A DNA stretch of 63,494 bases, counting the filler, from Pelomyxa schiedti (taxonomy: Eukaryota; Protista; Evosea), in assembly GCA_020536535.1 (NCBI GenBank). It is 12 parts of 12 records of this genome, joined end to end, with 100 filler letters (N's around TTAATTAATTAA, not from the genome) between each part and the next. Parts side by side here need not be neighbours in the genome. Positions count along the whole stretch, not along the records: positions 11,682 to 36,712 come from JAHLWZ010001050.1; positions 36,813 to 38,179 come from JAHLWZ010002565.1; 10 more parts are not named here. One strand, given 5' to 3'. The notes under the pieces are model-generated. The model made no database searches. It worked only from the letters and a program-made list of their open reading frames with translations, and had not been told where the DNA came from. This document shows positions 26,572-38,279 of this stretch, in pieces. Every line of letters starts with the position of its first letter. Positions within the stretch are counted from its first letter, which is position 1. The position numbers were made by a program, and so were the translations under genes.

Positions 26572-29500
26572 ATGTCGTCTTCGTTACCAGCAGAGTCTAT
26601 CGCGGCAATGAGCAGCGGAGCGGGCGGGTCTTCTCCTACGTTAACTCCGCAACCCGTGAATGTGGAGAAATTTTTGTGGTGCGCACCTCCACCACTTGTG
26701 CCTTTTTACATATTTTTTTCCTCCTCCAACCTTTTGTAATTTCAGCATTGTGGAAAAACCTTTGGAGAGGAATTATGACCAAGAAAGAGCAGCTCAAACA
26801 CGAGCGCTCACAGAGTGTGACAGACATCCTCTCATTGCTGTGGCGCCTGCAGCGACTGCAGCACCCGCTTCACCTCTCACAACGTTAGTTTTTGCCTCAT
26901 CTTTGGGGGTTGTTCTCTTTGTTGGTTTTTTATTCATTTTAGGAAGCCAAAATCGGAGATATCAACACCGCTTGATCCACTTGGTGCTAGTGCTATGTTA
27001 TCTAACCCTCTGGTTGTTGCAGCGCCAGCAACCACAACACCTGGAAAACCAAAAACCGAAGTAACACCAAGTATATTTTCTAAAAAAAAAAACAAAAAAT
27101 TACAAATGACTTTATTCACTTGTTCACAATAGCCGACATCGATTCCGAATTTATTCCTTGGTCAGCCATGAAGCCAAATATACTCCAAGAATTCACAACC
27201 AACCTTCAACTCGAGATTACAGTTGTATCCTTTTTCCCCTTTCTCCTTTCTTGTAATTGTGTTTCCTTCACTTTCAAAGAGTTTCATCAGCACCCCAACA
27301 ACAGGAAAAGGTATCACAAGTTGTTATTTGACCTCCTTGCTCAAAATTGTTAGTCAAGGTGCAACAAGATAGGACGGCATCTCGTCTTGAAGAACTGGAG
27401 CAAGGTGATGATGATAAAAAGGAACTGAAAAGTGTAACACAACAGGAGTATGTGGCACACATAGAAAAAATGAATACGGACTTGAATCAAGCCTGGAATA
27501 TGGAAGATCGTGTCCGAACTCTCAAAATTGCGATTCAGGTAGCAACATACAAACAAAAATTACTAAGTTGCGGACCCTTTGCAGTGTGCTAAGTTGCTGA
27601 TTGATACATCTGTGGTCAAGTTTTACCCAAGCAAATTTGTACTTATCACTGAGATTCTGGATACGTTTGGAAGACTTGTCTTCGAACGAATAAAAGCCAG
27701 AAGGACAGCTTTAAGCCCTGTAACTGGGACTCCTTTACCAGAGAAAGATATCCCACCAGCTGTGAAGGAGCTTGCCACAGAGACTTGCAGAAACTGGTTT
27801 TACAAAATTGCTTCTATTCGTGAACTGCTTCCCAGATTGTTTGTCCCTCTTCTATGAACCTTGCCAACTTGCTTTCAGGTACACAGAAATGGCTATTCTC
27901 AAATGTTATGCATTTGTGTCCAGTGAAAACCAGTACAAAGCAGTGATCGATCGTCTTAATAACCAAATTCGTGGATGTGGGGACCCTCTTGTTCAGTTTT
28001 ATACCCAATGTTACCTGGCTAGGAAGGCACATGAGGTACTCCCATACGAGAAGGGGTACTTGTTACGTGCTTTTTCCGATTTACTTCAAGTCCAAGAATG
28101 TCTGGGGAGCCCTAAGATGGAGGTAGTTCTAATTCAATGACGACCTTTTTTCATTTTTACCAGGCAATCCGGCGTAAACTCGAGATTTCTTATGCTGACT
28201 ACATGCATTTGTTCTCTCCAGGTCTGGAATGGCTTCTTCAGTGTATATCATACAGAAGCCCACCAGTACATTCTTTTTTCCTAGCAGTACTATGGTTAAA
28301 CTTACAGCAAATAAGGGGCTGTTGGAAGAAGTGTTACAAATATTTAAAAAAAGCTCGCGAGTGGCACTATTCTTAAACCATATCATTAGTGCTTTCCCAC
28401 CATCGTTTATTACCACAAATACACTCACTTTCACGTCGCTCATCAAAGAGGCAGAGTTAGTGTCATTCCCTCAGGTTTGCTTTTCCAGTGAAACCACTCC
28501 ATGCCAACTCCACTAGCACCAACTCTATCGCACCCTTGGAGTCAATTTGTCTCTTGGATCACCACCCCATGGCCAAGAGCTTTCAATTCTTAATGAAATC
28601 TGGAGTGTAACCTTCCACACTCACCTTCGACCTTATCTCACTCCAGAAAGGTGGTGGCAAACTTCTCTAATGCAGAACACTACATAACAGTCGCTGAAGT
28701 TTTCATTGAGTATTGTCTCAAACACCTCACAGTTGTTTTCTGGTTAAATCCAAAATTCTCTCATAAAACACAAAGACACGAGACACAAATAAGATGCTGA
28801 TGGATATACTGAATCATCTCCGGAAAGATGCAGACTTTGATGTCCTCCAACCTCATCTTCTCTCAGTGATCCAAAAAGTAATCATCAACTACAATGATAT
28901 GTCAGTTATTTTTGGAATGGTAAAACTTCTGATTCCATTCACAAAGCATCTCACGTGCTAAAGGAAAACTTCAGCAAAATTCTAGACCTTCTCTCTGGTC
29001 AAACCCAAATTGCCGCTGCAAAATTAATTCTGGATGGATTTTCCAAGTACTTGGTTTTTGTTGATACCCCATTACATACTCACATTACTTAGGCACAAGG
29101 GATTCGTTACAGATCCCGTTATAATTAACACTCTATTCAATGTTTCTACAACTTTACATGACACTGTGAACTCTCTGACTGTGGCAGATGAAGTTAGGCA
29201 AATCACCAGAGTGATATCACATTTTATCACCAAGGTCTTTCTTCACCACCACATTTCTTTTCTTAAAACTCTCAGATCGATTACAATAAAGATGTAGAGA
29301 AGCAACTTAATTTTTATGTTGAATGCAGACAATGTTTTGCAAATTTGGATGGCGTGAAAGATGTTCTCGTGCAGTGTGTCTGCCGCCTTGCCATGAAGAC
29401 ATTGTCACTTGTGCATGGGAAACATACCAGAAAGACAGCTCCGTTCATTAGAGTATGCCTTATAATGAGGCTTCCACCCTTCACGCCTTCTTTCTTGAAA

Positions 29501-30554
29501 TCTAAATTAAACTTCGGTTGATCCCTCTGCAAGGCTTGCATTGCTTACTGTTATATTACCATTCCCTCAATGGAAGATGTCTTCTCGCGCCTTAGACTAT
29601 CCCTGCTAGCTGCAGAGGTTTCATTGTTGAATCAAGCTATCCCTCAGGCAGACGCGTTGTTGCGTGCTGCCGTGACTCTAGTTCCGGAGATTCCTCTACT
29701 TTGTGGTAAAGTTGAATGGTTAGACAAGTTATTTCTCACTTTTGCAAAAGGAACCGACAAGTCCGTGGAGGAAGAACTTGCCTCATTCATGGGGAATCTG
29801 TCCGGCCTTCTCGTAGTTGCCCCAGGCCATCCCGATAGTGGTTCATTTTACTTGATCCAAGGCTTGATGAAACTCTTTTCTGAGTATCCTTGGTTTGTGG
29901 TCAGAAACTACTTCCTTTACTAACTTTTCAAAGGCTTCCATGGAGTACAGCAAAGATTAATGTTTATGGGAGCCTGCTGAAAGTCCTTTTTGCCTTGCAC
30001 CAAGACAAACTTCCCTATCACATTGAAAAAGGTAGAGGCATCTTAGGTCGTTTCTCACTAAGCTAAAATAGTTGATTCAAACGATACCCTCTACAAGGAG
30101 GATCCAGACTACCAACCGGACCTACAGAAACTCGCATCTCAAGTTTTCTCCTGTATGGTCGAGCAGCTTGAGATTCTCAAGCAGAATCCCGATTTGGCCA
30201 CAGTGAGTTTCTTCTGAAACTAACCAACTATTGCGGCGTTTAACACTCTCATAGGCCACATACAAGGCTGCCCTTGACATCCTGAACACGCTAGTATGCA
30301 ACTCGGTGATCACCAGCAAGACTGTTCCCATTATTGGCCAGCTTCTTACTGGCCTTAAGCCGCTCTCTGATGCCTATGGCAGGAACACTCTTCAGTACAT
30401 CACCAGGCTGTCTGCCAGCAACCCGGCCATGGTCGAACTGAGCAAGAAACTAGCACCCCTAGTTTTGGCCTCTGCACCCTCACCATCCGCTTCCATGCAA
30501 ACACCGTCGTCCTTCACTACAACCAAACTCTCACAGCTTTCTCAATTCAACTGA
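26572..30554 (+). CDS. VPS35L: VPS35 endosomal protein sorting factor-like (C16orf62 ortholog, Retriever/Commander complex)
   Basis: Recognisable conserved segments across many short GT-AG introns: RNY...[37 protein letters not shown]...[81 protein letters not shown]. Confidence 0.92.
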
Positions 30555-30671
30555 GGCCGCCCTCTCAACAACCCATAAACTGTGTGCATCTAGCTAGACA
30601 TACGAAAATAACAAACAAAAAAAAAAACGTGATTCAAGTTTCCGGGAAGTTGGCATCAACAACGAACGAGA

Positions 30672-32832
30672 ATGAGCGCAACGTTCCCATACGACAGCCA
30701 ACGTTGCCAAGCTCTCAAGCACATAATGAACACATCGCGGGTGGTGTGGGACAACGTGGTGGCGCCGGGGTGGCTGGACTCTGACCGGGAGGGGGACGGC
30801 CGCGGCGGATTGTGGGCGTTCGCGGCCGCCGGGGCCATGTTCCCCCTCGTGGCGCTCGTGTGCACCCGCTCGCAGCGCCGCGCCCGCGCCGACGGCTGCT
30901 CGCGCTACCCCACCCTGTGGGCCGCGGCCAAGGCGGGCAGCGGGTCGTGCGTAGCGTGGATCGTGGCCCGCCACAGGCGAGACCCGCTCCACTCGCCCAA
31001 CAGCTCTCGCGCCTGCGCGCTCAAGGAGGCGGCATGGGTGCTCTCCGGCCTGTGCGCCTCTGGCAACGTCGAGGCCGCCCGCGCGTTGCTCGGCAGCGAG
31101 GGCCGCGGCGGCGGCACTTTCCCTTATACATTATGGGATGGATACCGAGTGCCGGAATGGCACCAGAACCAGGGAAGCAGCAGCATTGATGAATTGAGGA
31201 ACGACTTGCTGGAAAATGTGAAGTCTGGTGGTTCGGTGATGGGTGCAGGTTGCTCGGACAATGTTGAGTCTGCAAAGTGGTTTGTGTCTGTGCTTGGGAT
31301 TACTGGTGACGACTCCTTGTGGGCCCTTCTGCCGCTAGTCGAGATGGCCTTAATGAACGGGAAATTGGATGTTGCCAAGTGGGCGATTGGTGAGTTTGAT
31401 TTGCTACTGCACTCGCGCAGTTGCCAAGAGGAGTTGGTGAGTTGGTGTACCGCTGGTACAGCTCCGGAAAATCTGAAGTGGTGTGTTGAGAATTTCCCCA
31501 ATCTGCCAACAGATTGTGGGCTGCTGTACAGTGTATTAGGGAATAAACATGGCACTGTGGAACTGTGCCAATGGCTGAGAGCTCGATTTCCAGCAGAGGA
31601 GATCAGCGACTATATATTGGGATCAATAAAGAGCATCGACGTCGCCAAGTTGGTGCTTTCAACTATTCTAGTTGAACCAAGAATAAAAATGCTGAATAAG
31701 ATGTGCCAGCACATTGCGGATGTGAGCTTCCTGGAGTGGCTCATCACTGAAAGGAATTTCACTCCGACAGCAGCCACATTCATAATGGTGTGTTCCACTT
31801 CCAGAGGTGGATACACTCTTCCTCAGTGGCTCTCAACCAGGGTGAAACTGGGTCCAGCTGATATTCAGGCCTCCCTTGAACATGCACTTCTTTGGAGTAA
31901 CACCACAATTGCAGATTGGTTGGAGAGCACTTTTGGTGTCATGGGAACTGTGAATTCATGCCCTGAGTCTCCTGGAGCCATGCTTGTTCAAATATGCCGG
32001 AAATGCGCCGATTACAAGGACAGATTGGGGGGACTACGCTGGTTCCTTCAGCATCTTACACATCCTGACCAAATAACTGCAGCTTCAGTTCACAAGGCAA
32101 TTGCAATGGCCCTGCCTGCTTACCGTTCCAAATTTGTTCTGCACCTTCTGGAAGTGTTCCCCAAGTACAAGCCACAAGCAGGGGACACAGAACTCTTGGA
32201 GTCTATGTTTGACACATTCGTGAAATGGAGCCATGAGAAACTTCAAAAGCTGGTCACCTTGTTTGACTGCTCGTTGTTCACCAGAGAGCTGGTCGTAAAG
32301 ACCTTGACCAGTAAACCGTTTAGGCCCTTTACCAGTAAATCCATCAAGTGGGCAATCACACAGTTCCACCTTGAAGATACTCACATCAAACGGAATTACA
32401 ACAGCCTCCTCTACAGCCTTATTCTGCACAAGAAAGCAAACTGCGCGGAGTGGCTCATCGACCACTTCGGAATCGCTCCTCATGAGGTTTTTAACCACAC
32501 CCAGTCTTGCATGTCTAACATAAACAAAGGTCATTGACATGTTTGTGTTCTGGAACAATCACCGTGAGAGACTCGACTTTGACATCGACCTGCAAACATG
32601 GAAGATGATTGTTCGTAGATTCCCAAGTCTCGACGTGGACGTGATACGAGGGCACTTGATGCCGATTGCCGCACATTCTCCTTCAATTGCCTTGTTCACA
32701 ATGAACAACTTCGGAATCACAGTAGATGAGATACGCCATCAGTTCGACGATTACCACGACAGGGATCCTGAAACGACAGAATACAAACCACGTCTCACAG
32801 AAGAGTTGATGCTGTGGCTTGGTATCCCCTGA
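30672..32832 (+). CDS. Helical-repeat (ankyrin-like) hypothetical protein
   Basis: 621-aa ORF joined to the 97-aa ORF by a 43-nt GT...CTAAC...AG intron (~32487-32529). Recurrent 'G.LD/VE.AKW/CQWL' units resemble degenerate ankyrin repeats. Confidence 0.7.
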
Positions 32833-33047
32833 TAGAGAGTAAAGAAAACAAAACACTCTTCAAACCGAGTACCAAACCACTTCCTACCAAGAACCCGACA
32901 CACTATGGAGCTTGCTGCTCCCGCCTTTCTTCGCAGCCATTTCGCCGTAAACAACGCACTACTCCATCGTTGCCCGCAACCAAAAGATCGGGGAAAGAAC
33001 AGCCAACCAAGGACAACCAACTTGTTCCAACACCAAACGGGCCTTAA

Positions 33048-33629
33048 ATGCACCAACACCACAGCGACGAGACAACGGCGGCGTGCCTGCCGCCGGGACC
33101 AGATTCGGGGGGCGGAGGCGGCAGCAGCATGAACCGCAGCTGTATCATGACCACAAGCACCGCGTCTGTGTCCCCGGAGCAAGCCGCCCGCGTGCTCTCC
33201 CGCATGACCCACGAGGCCGAGATGTCCCGCATCACCCACGACCACGGCGACCCCGGGCTCCCCGCCGCCGCGCCCTTGCAGGCGCCCACGACGCCGAAGG
33301 AGGAGGAGGGGCCGGCGGCACGAGTGGGGAGGGCCACGAGCGGGGAGCCCGAGTCGGACCCGGGAGGGGGAGGGGGAGGCACGTTGGACGACAACTTCGC
33401 GTGGGTGTTTCGCGAGATAGCGGGGAGGGGGAGGGAGCTGTGCCTGGTGGACGCGCTGGCCCGGGCATATGGGGGAGCCACGTCTGGCTTGGAGGTGGAG
33501 AGCCCGGTCACCTTGGTGGAGATAATGGACTGGAGGTATGAAAACATCTCGCGTGACAACGCGGTGGTGGCCAGACTTAGCCACAACGAGGTAGGCTTTG
33601 TTTGGCTTTCCTTCCCGTTTTTTTCCCTC

Positions 33630-33660
<31 letters not shown>

Positions 33661-35822
33661 TGTGTGTTGGTGTTGGTTAAGTTAAATGTTGCTTTTGTGA
33701 AATTCATTCACACCGAGTTTGTAGGCAATGGCTATAAGTTTATATACATATGATCTCGGTCCATCACTGAGAGACAAGAACCCTTACGTTCTTATAAATA
33801 AGCCTTTGGTCGAGCGAACAGTTTTGATGATGCAAAAGTGGTGTGAGGTGTTGTTTTTACTTCTGTCAGGCCTTAGGAAGTTACCCCGGGTTAAGTACGA
33901 ACAATTGTACCGAGGAATACATACCAAAGTGAATACCGATTCTAAGCATTATGCAACGGGTAACACTGTTGTGTGGCACGCTCTCTCAAGCACGAGTCCA
34001 AACCTACAGGCAACAGAGCTTTTTGTGACAGGTGGGACTCTGTTTATGATATACAATGCCTGGGATTAGTGCAACTTGAAATGCTAGAATCCAGTTTATG
34101 TTTGCAGTCCATCATTCCCCCGAGTTCGTTTTTCCTACAAACTGTATTCACTAAAAAATTGGGTTCATTTAGATCCTCCAGAGAAAGTTTCAAATTCGCC
34201 CATAGAAGCAGTAGAAGGGATCCCAAAAGAGGAATCCTGTGTGTCACTTTCCCCTTTGTCATCGCCCACTCTAGGAAATATTATGGTTACCAGTGTAATC
34301 ATCTCCCCAGAAGAATCCTCTGTAGTTGGGCAGGTTATTTCCATTCCTGCAGATCCTTCTGTCTCCAAGGCCACCCAAGTGCTCACTGATTCAAGGACAA
34401 TAAGGGACCCTCAAAAGAGCAGTCCACTGCAAAGTAGCCATCCAAGGAGTGCAAGCCCTCCGGCAAAAGTGAGTCACAATTCTAGCATAGCACAAATAGC
34501 CATGGATGTGACACTATCTGCAGCTAAGTCACTTCTTATATGGAGCACACCCACCCCATCCACACCCGCACCTCCCGCTCTCACACCAAGTTCTCTATTA
34601 AAAACTATGCCCCCGGCCACGCACCCGCCACAAGCAGCTACGCGGCCAGACTTAAGACCAGCCAAAGTCTCTAGTTACCCAGCACAGCCAGTATTTATCA
34701 GGGAGGTGGCAAGTATACCTTGCCAATTCCCCCGCCTTGTTTCTATATCTAAAGGAGGTTCAATCATCATTGGGGATGAGTCTGGTCTATCTAGCTGCAA
34801 TAATTTCTCAGGTCCTCTGATGCGAGTTATTGAATTTTCCACCCAACTCTGTTCCGACAGACCATCCCATCACTCTGCGATCCGATTTTACTAGGAGCCC
34901 ATCAGGGTTAGTGGGACTTTCTGATGGCTCATTTCTGGTGTCTGATGGAAACAGAAACCAAATCAACCAAATCAGTAATACCGGTGTGTCACTCTAAATT
35001 TATTTCCTGATTCAGTTAACGCTAATTCAGGCGTCTTTATTTCGGTTGTGGCTGGAACTGGTATAGGAGGATATTTAGATGGCCCAGCAGAAACTGCTCA
35101 GTTTTGTTTGCCTGCAATGATCGCCGTGGACTTTGCTTGCCCTAGTGGTATTGTAATTGCCGATCTGTGGAATAAAGCCGTAAGATACCTTCGCGCCAAA
35201 AGTATGTGTGGGTGCTCCGTCAACAAAAAGAAACCAAACAAATGCACTCGCAGAAGTCACGACCATCGCAAGGGGATTTCGCCCATTCGGCGTTGCTGTG
35301 TGTTGTGATGGCAGCTTTGTTGTTACTGATCCAGAGAGTCATTGCATTCGCAAAGTTGAGCGTACAGGTATTTACTTCTGTTACACACATCAGAGAAAAC
35401 ATTAACTTGGGGAAAAAAAAAACACTTCTACAAAACAAGGGAAAGTAACAGTACTGGCTGGAATGGAAAACCAGAAGGGCTACTGTGATGGCCCTGCCAT
35501 CACTGCCCAGTTTAACGTCCCAAGGGGGATTGCTGTGGACCACTTCTCTGGAATCATATATGTAGTTGATTCTTATAACAACCGAATACGTTCAATCTCC
35601 CCAGCAGGTTTTCAATCTCAATTCTGGTTTTTTTTTCCTCACTCGTCATCACCCAAAAAACAAGGAACTGTAAGGACTGTTGTTGGACCTGAAGAACAAC
35701 ATGGCAACATTCAGCTTTTCCACCCACAGAGCATTGCTCTCAAATACCACAATTCACACAGCCCATGGTTAGTGGTGGCTGATACAAAGAACTTCCGTGT
35801 TCTGGTGTTGTCAAAGCACTAA
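33048..35822 (+). CDS. NAD:arginine ADP-ribosyltransferase-like domain + low-complexity linker + NHL-repeat beta-propeller
   Basis: ART motifs AISLYT, LLSGLRKLP, LYRG, WHALSSTS and GGTLF. NHL repeats AGTGIGGYLDGPAETAQFCLPAMIAVD, FRPFGVAV..VTD and GYCDGPAITAQFNVPRGIAVD..YVVDSYNNRIR. The reading frame breaks at 34067 (see findings). Confidence 0.68.
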
Positions 35823-36015
35823 GTTCATGGCATGCATATACTACAAACAAGAAGAACCAGAGAAAGGCTTCTCGTTCGAAAATATACTATTCTATTTTAA
35901 AAAAAAAATTAAAAAAAAATGCGCAAGCCAATTTCTGTTCTTGTGCAAAAAAAACAATAGACATATAGGATTGCAGTTGTTGGAAGATGGTTAGCAAGGA
36001 ATTCATTCTCAAGTC

Positions 36016-36712
36016 CTACAATAAGGTGAGGAAACTATTAACTACAACTATGATAACGCACTGGTCGGTTGAGGTATTGTCTTTCTGAGGGGCGGAGTCA
36101 GCCGCTGGTGTAATTGTGAGTACATTTACTGCAGGTGAGGAACCCATACTGTTGGATTCGGGTGGTACAGCAGGGTATCTTTCTTCCGTGATAGAGTCGT
36201 GCTGCTCCTCTGGAATTGGGGAGGCAACACCGGAAGTTGTCACAGTTTCTTGCAATGTGCAGATGCGTTTCGACTGCGTGACTTCGTGCTCTATGCCTGC
36301 TTCTTCACGAGTCCGTTCTGCATGACGGTGTTAAGGAACTGAGGCGGTATTGGCAAATGGGAAAACGCACTGGATGGGGTCACTGCATCGGTCTCTTCAT
36401 TCACTTCACTTTTTATACTTGATTCCTCTGGGACGTCTTGTTCACCTTCCCAAGAAGACAGACTTGGGGAAGCTAGGCCATGCTCTCCCTGTTCCGTTTT
36501 CAGTTTGTCGGCTGTGGGTGTTACTGTGGCCACCTGCACAAGTGGTATCTCTGAAGGAGGGGAAGTGCTTGTAATGGGAGTGGGAATGGACTCGGCAAGT
36601 GAAGTGACTAGGGGTGGGCTAAGAGTGTCCGCATTGGTACTCTCAGCCAAATGAGGTGTGTGTTCTGGAACTGGGGCTGGTGCTGGGGGGCCGGGTGGGA
36701 TGGGGATAGGAG
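36016..36712 (-). CDS. C-terminal part of Pro/Ser/Thr-rich protein (right-arm copy)
   Basis: Mirror of 11682-12378. Confidence 0.45.
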
Positions 36713-36812
36713 NNNNNNNNNNNNNNNNNNNNNNNNNNNNNNNNNNNNNNNNNNNNTTAATTAATTAANNNNNNNNNNNNNNNNNNNNNNNNNNNNNNNN
36801 NNNNNNNNNNNN

Positions 36813-37305
36813 CAGCATGGAACTGGGTGCTGAACCCAGCAGGATCATCACCGATCGCCCGGAACCCCGTCCCATCATAATACATTTTGCACGCGTCTTG
36901 CAGGTACCACGAAAATCCGTCGCCCCCCTCCCTATCCCACCCCACAAACACCCTTGCGCTCACCCACGAGAGGCGCCGGTCCCTATCTTGCCACCTTGGC
37001 TCGAGCTCGCCCACCACGCTCCCCAGCAGCCGCGAGAGCCTCACGCAGCCGCGGGTGAACATGCTGCCCGCGCAGGTGTAGGTCTCCTCCTCCTCTTCCT
37101 CCTCCTCGGTCTCGTCGTCGCTTGTCGTCGATGTGTACCCCGTGATCCGCAGCACGAACGTTGTGGCGGTGTCCCTGACGAGGTCCCACACCGCGCGGCC
37201 GACGGCGTGGCCGAACGAGGGCACGTGCACCAGCGCACCGATTTGGTCCCGGGCGTGCAACATCGAGCTCACAACGTAGTCGTCATCGGTTGGGTTGCTT
37301 GTCAT
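36813..37305 (-). CDS. Lineage-specific 'ARxQxxAL' family protein, 5' part
   Basis: MTSNPTDDDY...HARDQIGAL...VGRAVWDLV; GC-rich ORF open to the contig end. Confidence 0.6.
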
Positions 37306-37476
37306 TGGTACACTTTTCCGAGAAATCATCATGATCCAGCTGGGAAATTGACAATACTGCACTCGGCCTCGGACCCCGCAGCCGGGAAATGTTTTTTTTG
37401 CAAACGTTGAACGTTTTTGCCCGTTTAGTTCCAATGCTTGTATCATCGAGTTCACAGTGCCGGCGTAGATTTCATT

Positions 37477-37559
37477 CAAATGGCTGAATAAAAAAAACAC
37501 CAGACCACGATAACGAAAAGGACAGCGTTCCGGTGTTGATTATTTTATTCAGCCAAATG
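37477..37559. promoter_or_regulatory. Two outward-facing copies of an upstream motif (core TTTTATTCAGCCA) between divergent family genes
   Basis: 37477-37506 (minus strand: GGTCTGGTGTTTTTTTTATTCAGCCATTTG) and 37528-37559 (plus strand: TTCCGGTGTTGATTATTTTATTCAGCCAAATG). A third copy is at 59452-59482. Confidence 0.55.
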
Positions 37560-37635
37560 TCCCCGCCTTATTCCTATGCAATGTGTGACACTCCAGCGTG
37601 ATTCGAATACAAAATTCAGGTCACCTCACTTCACA

Positions 37636-38179
37636 ATGGAAGCCCAACAGCAGCAGCCGGCAACAACAATGACAAGGCGCCGCCGCCTCGGCGTCGCTGT
37701 GACCGCTACACCGGCCTCCTTCCACAGCACTCCTGACCTGCTTTCGAAGGCCACCACCGCGAGGGACCAAGTTGGTGCGCTGCTGGCTGGCACACACCGC
37801 AGGTGCGGCGCGGGGTGCTGGCTGTCGATTGTGGGATGCAGCGCCTCCGACGGGAGTCTGGTCGTCCGGCTTGTGTGGTCGTGGCTGATGGACAACTCCA
37901 GGTTCTACTGTGCCAAGTGGTTCAACGAAGACCGCGATGTGATGATCTCGTTTGGCGTCTCATCGTTGCTTCTTACACTGACGCATGAGATGGCGTGGTG
38001 GGCGGAAGGGGATGATTTCATGTTGTTGGGTGCAAGTGTGGACTTCCTCGTGCGGGTTAAAAGGCAATTTCTTTGCCTGCAAGACAGGGCCACGGGGCAG
38101 AGGGTGCCACTGTTTGATGCATTTAACTGGGACTGGGATTACTCCAGCACAAACGGAAAGTGGCTTGTTCTGTGTCATC
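37636..38179 (+). CDS. Lineage-specific 'ARxQxxAL' family protein, 5' part
   Basis: MEAQQQ...TARDQVGALLAGTHRRCGAG...LVWSWL...STNGKWLV; open to the contig end. Confidence 0.62.
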
Positions 38180-38279
38180 NNNNNNNNNNNNNNNNNNNNN
38201 NNNNNNNNNNNNNNNNNNNNNNNTTAATTAATTAANNNNNNNNNNNNNNNNNNNNNNNNNNNNNNNNNNNNNNNNNNNN

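Larger units (their letters stand above)
11682..36712. repeat. Contig-spanning inverted repeat (palindrome): ~12.45-kb arms, 122-bp spacer at 24137-24258
   Basis: ORFs are mirrored with start+end summing to 48394 (e.g. 15857-17722 and 30672-32537). The contig ends are reverse complements (CTCCTATCCCC... / ...GGGGATAGGAG). Confidence 0.98.

Noticed and set aside
26572-30554. Fragmented ORFs suggesting stop-codon reassignment
   Set aside because: The breaks I traced in conserved VPS35L and IPK are explained by short GT-AG introns, and TAA, TAG and TGA all serve as terminal stops in the window.
32480-32545. Apparent programmed frameshift between the 621-aa and 97-aa ORFs
   Set aside because: A 43-nt intron with a CTAAC branch site joins them in frame.
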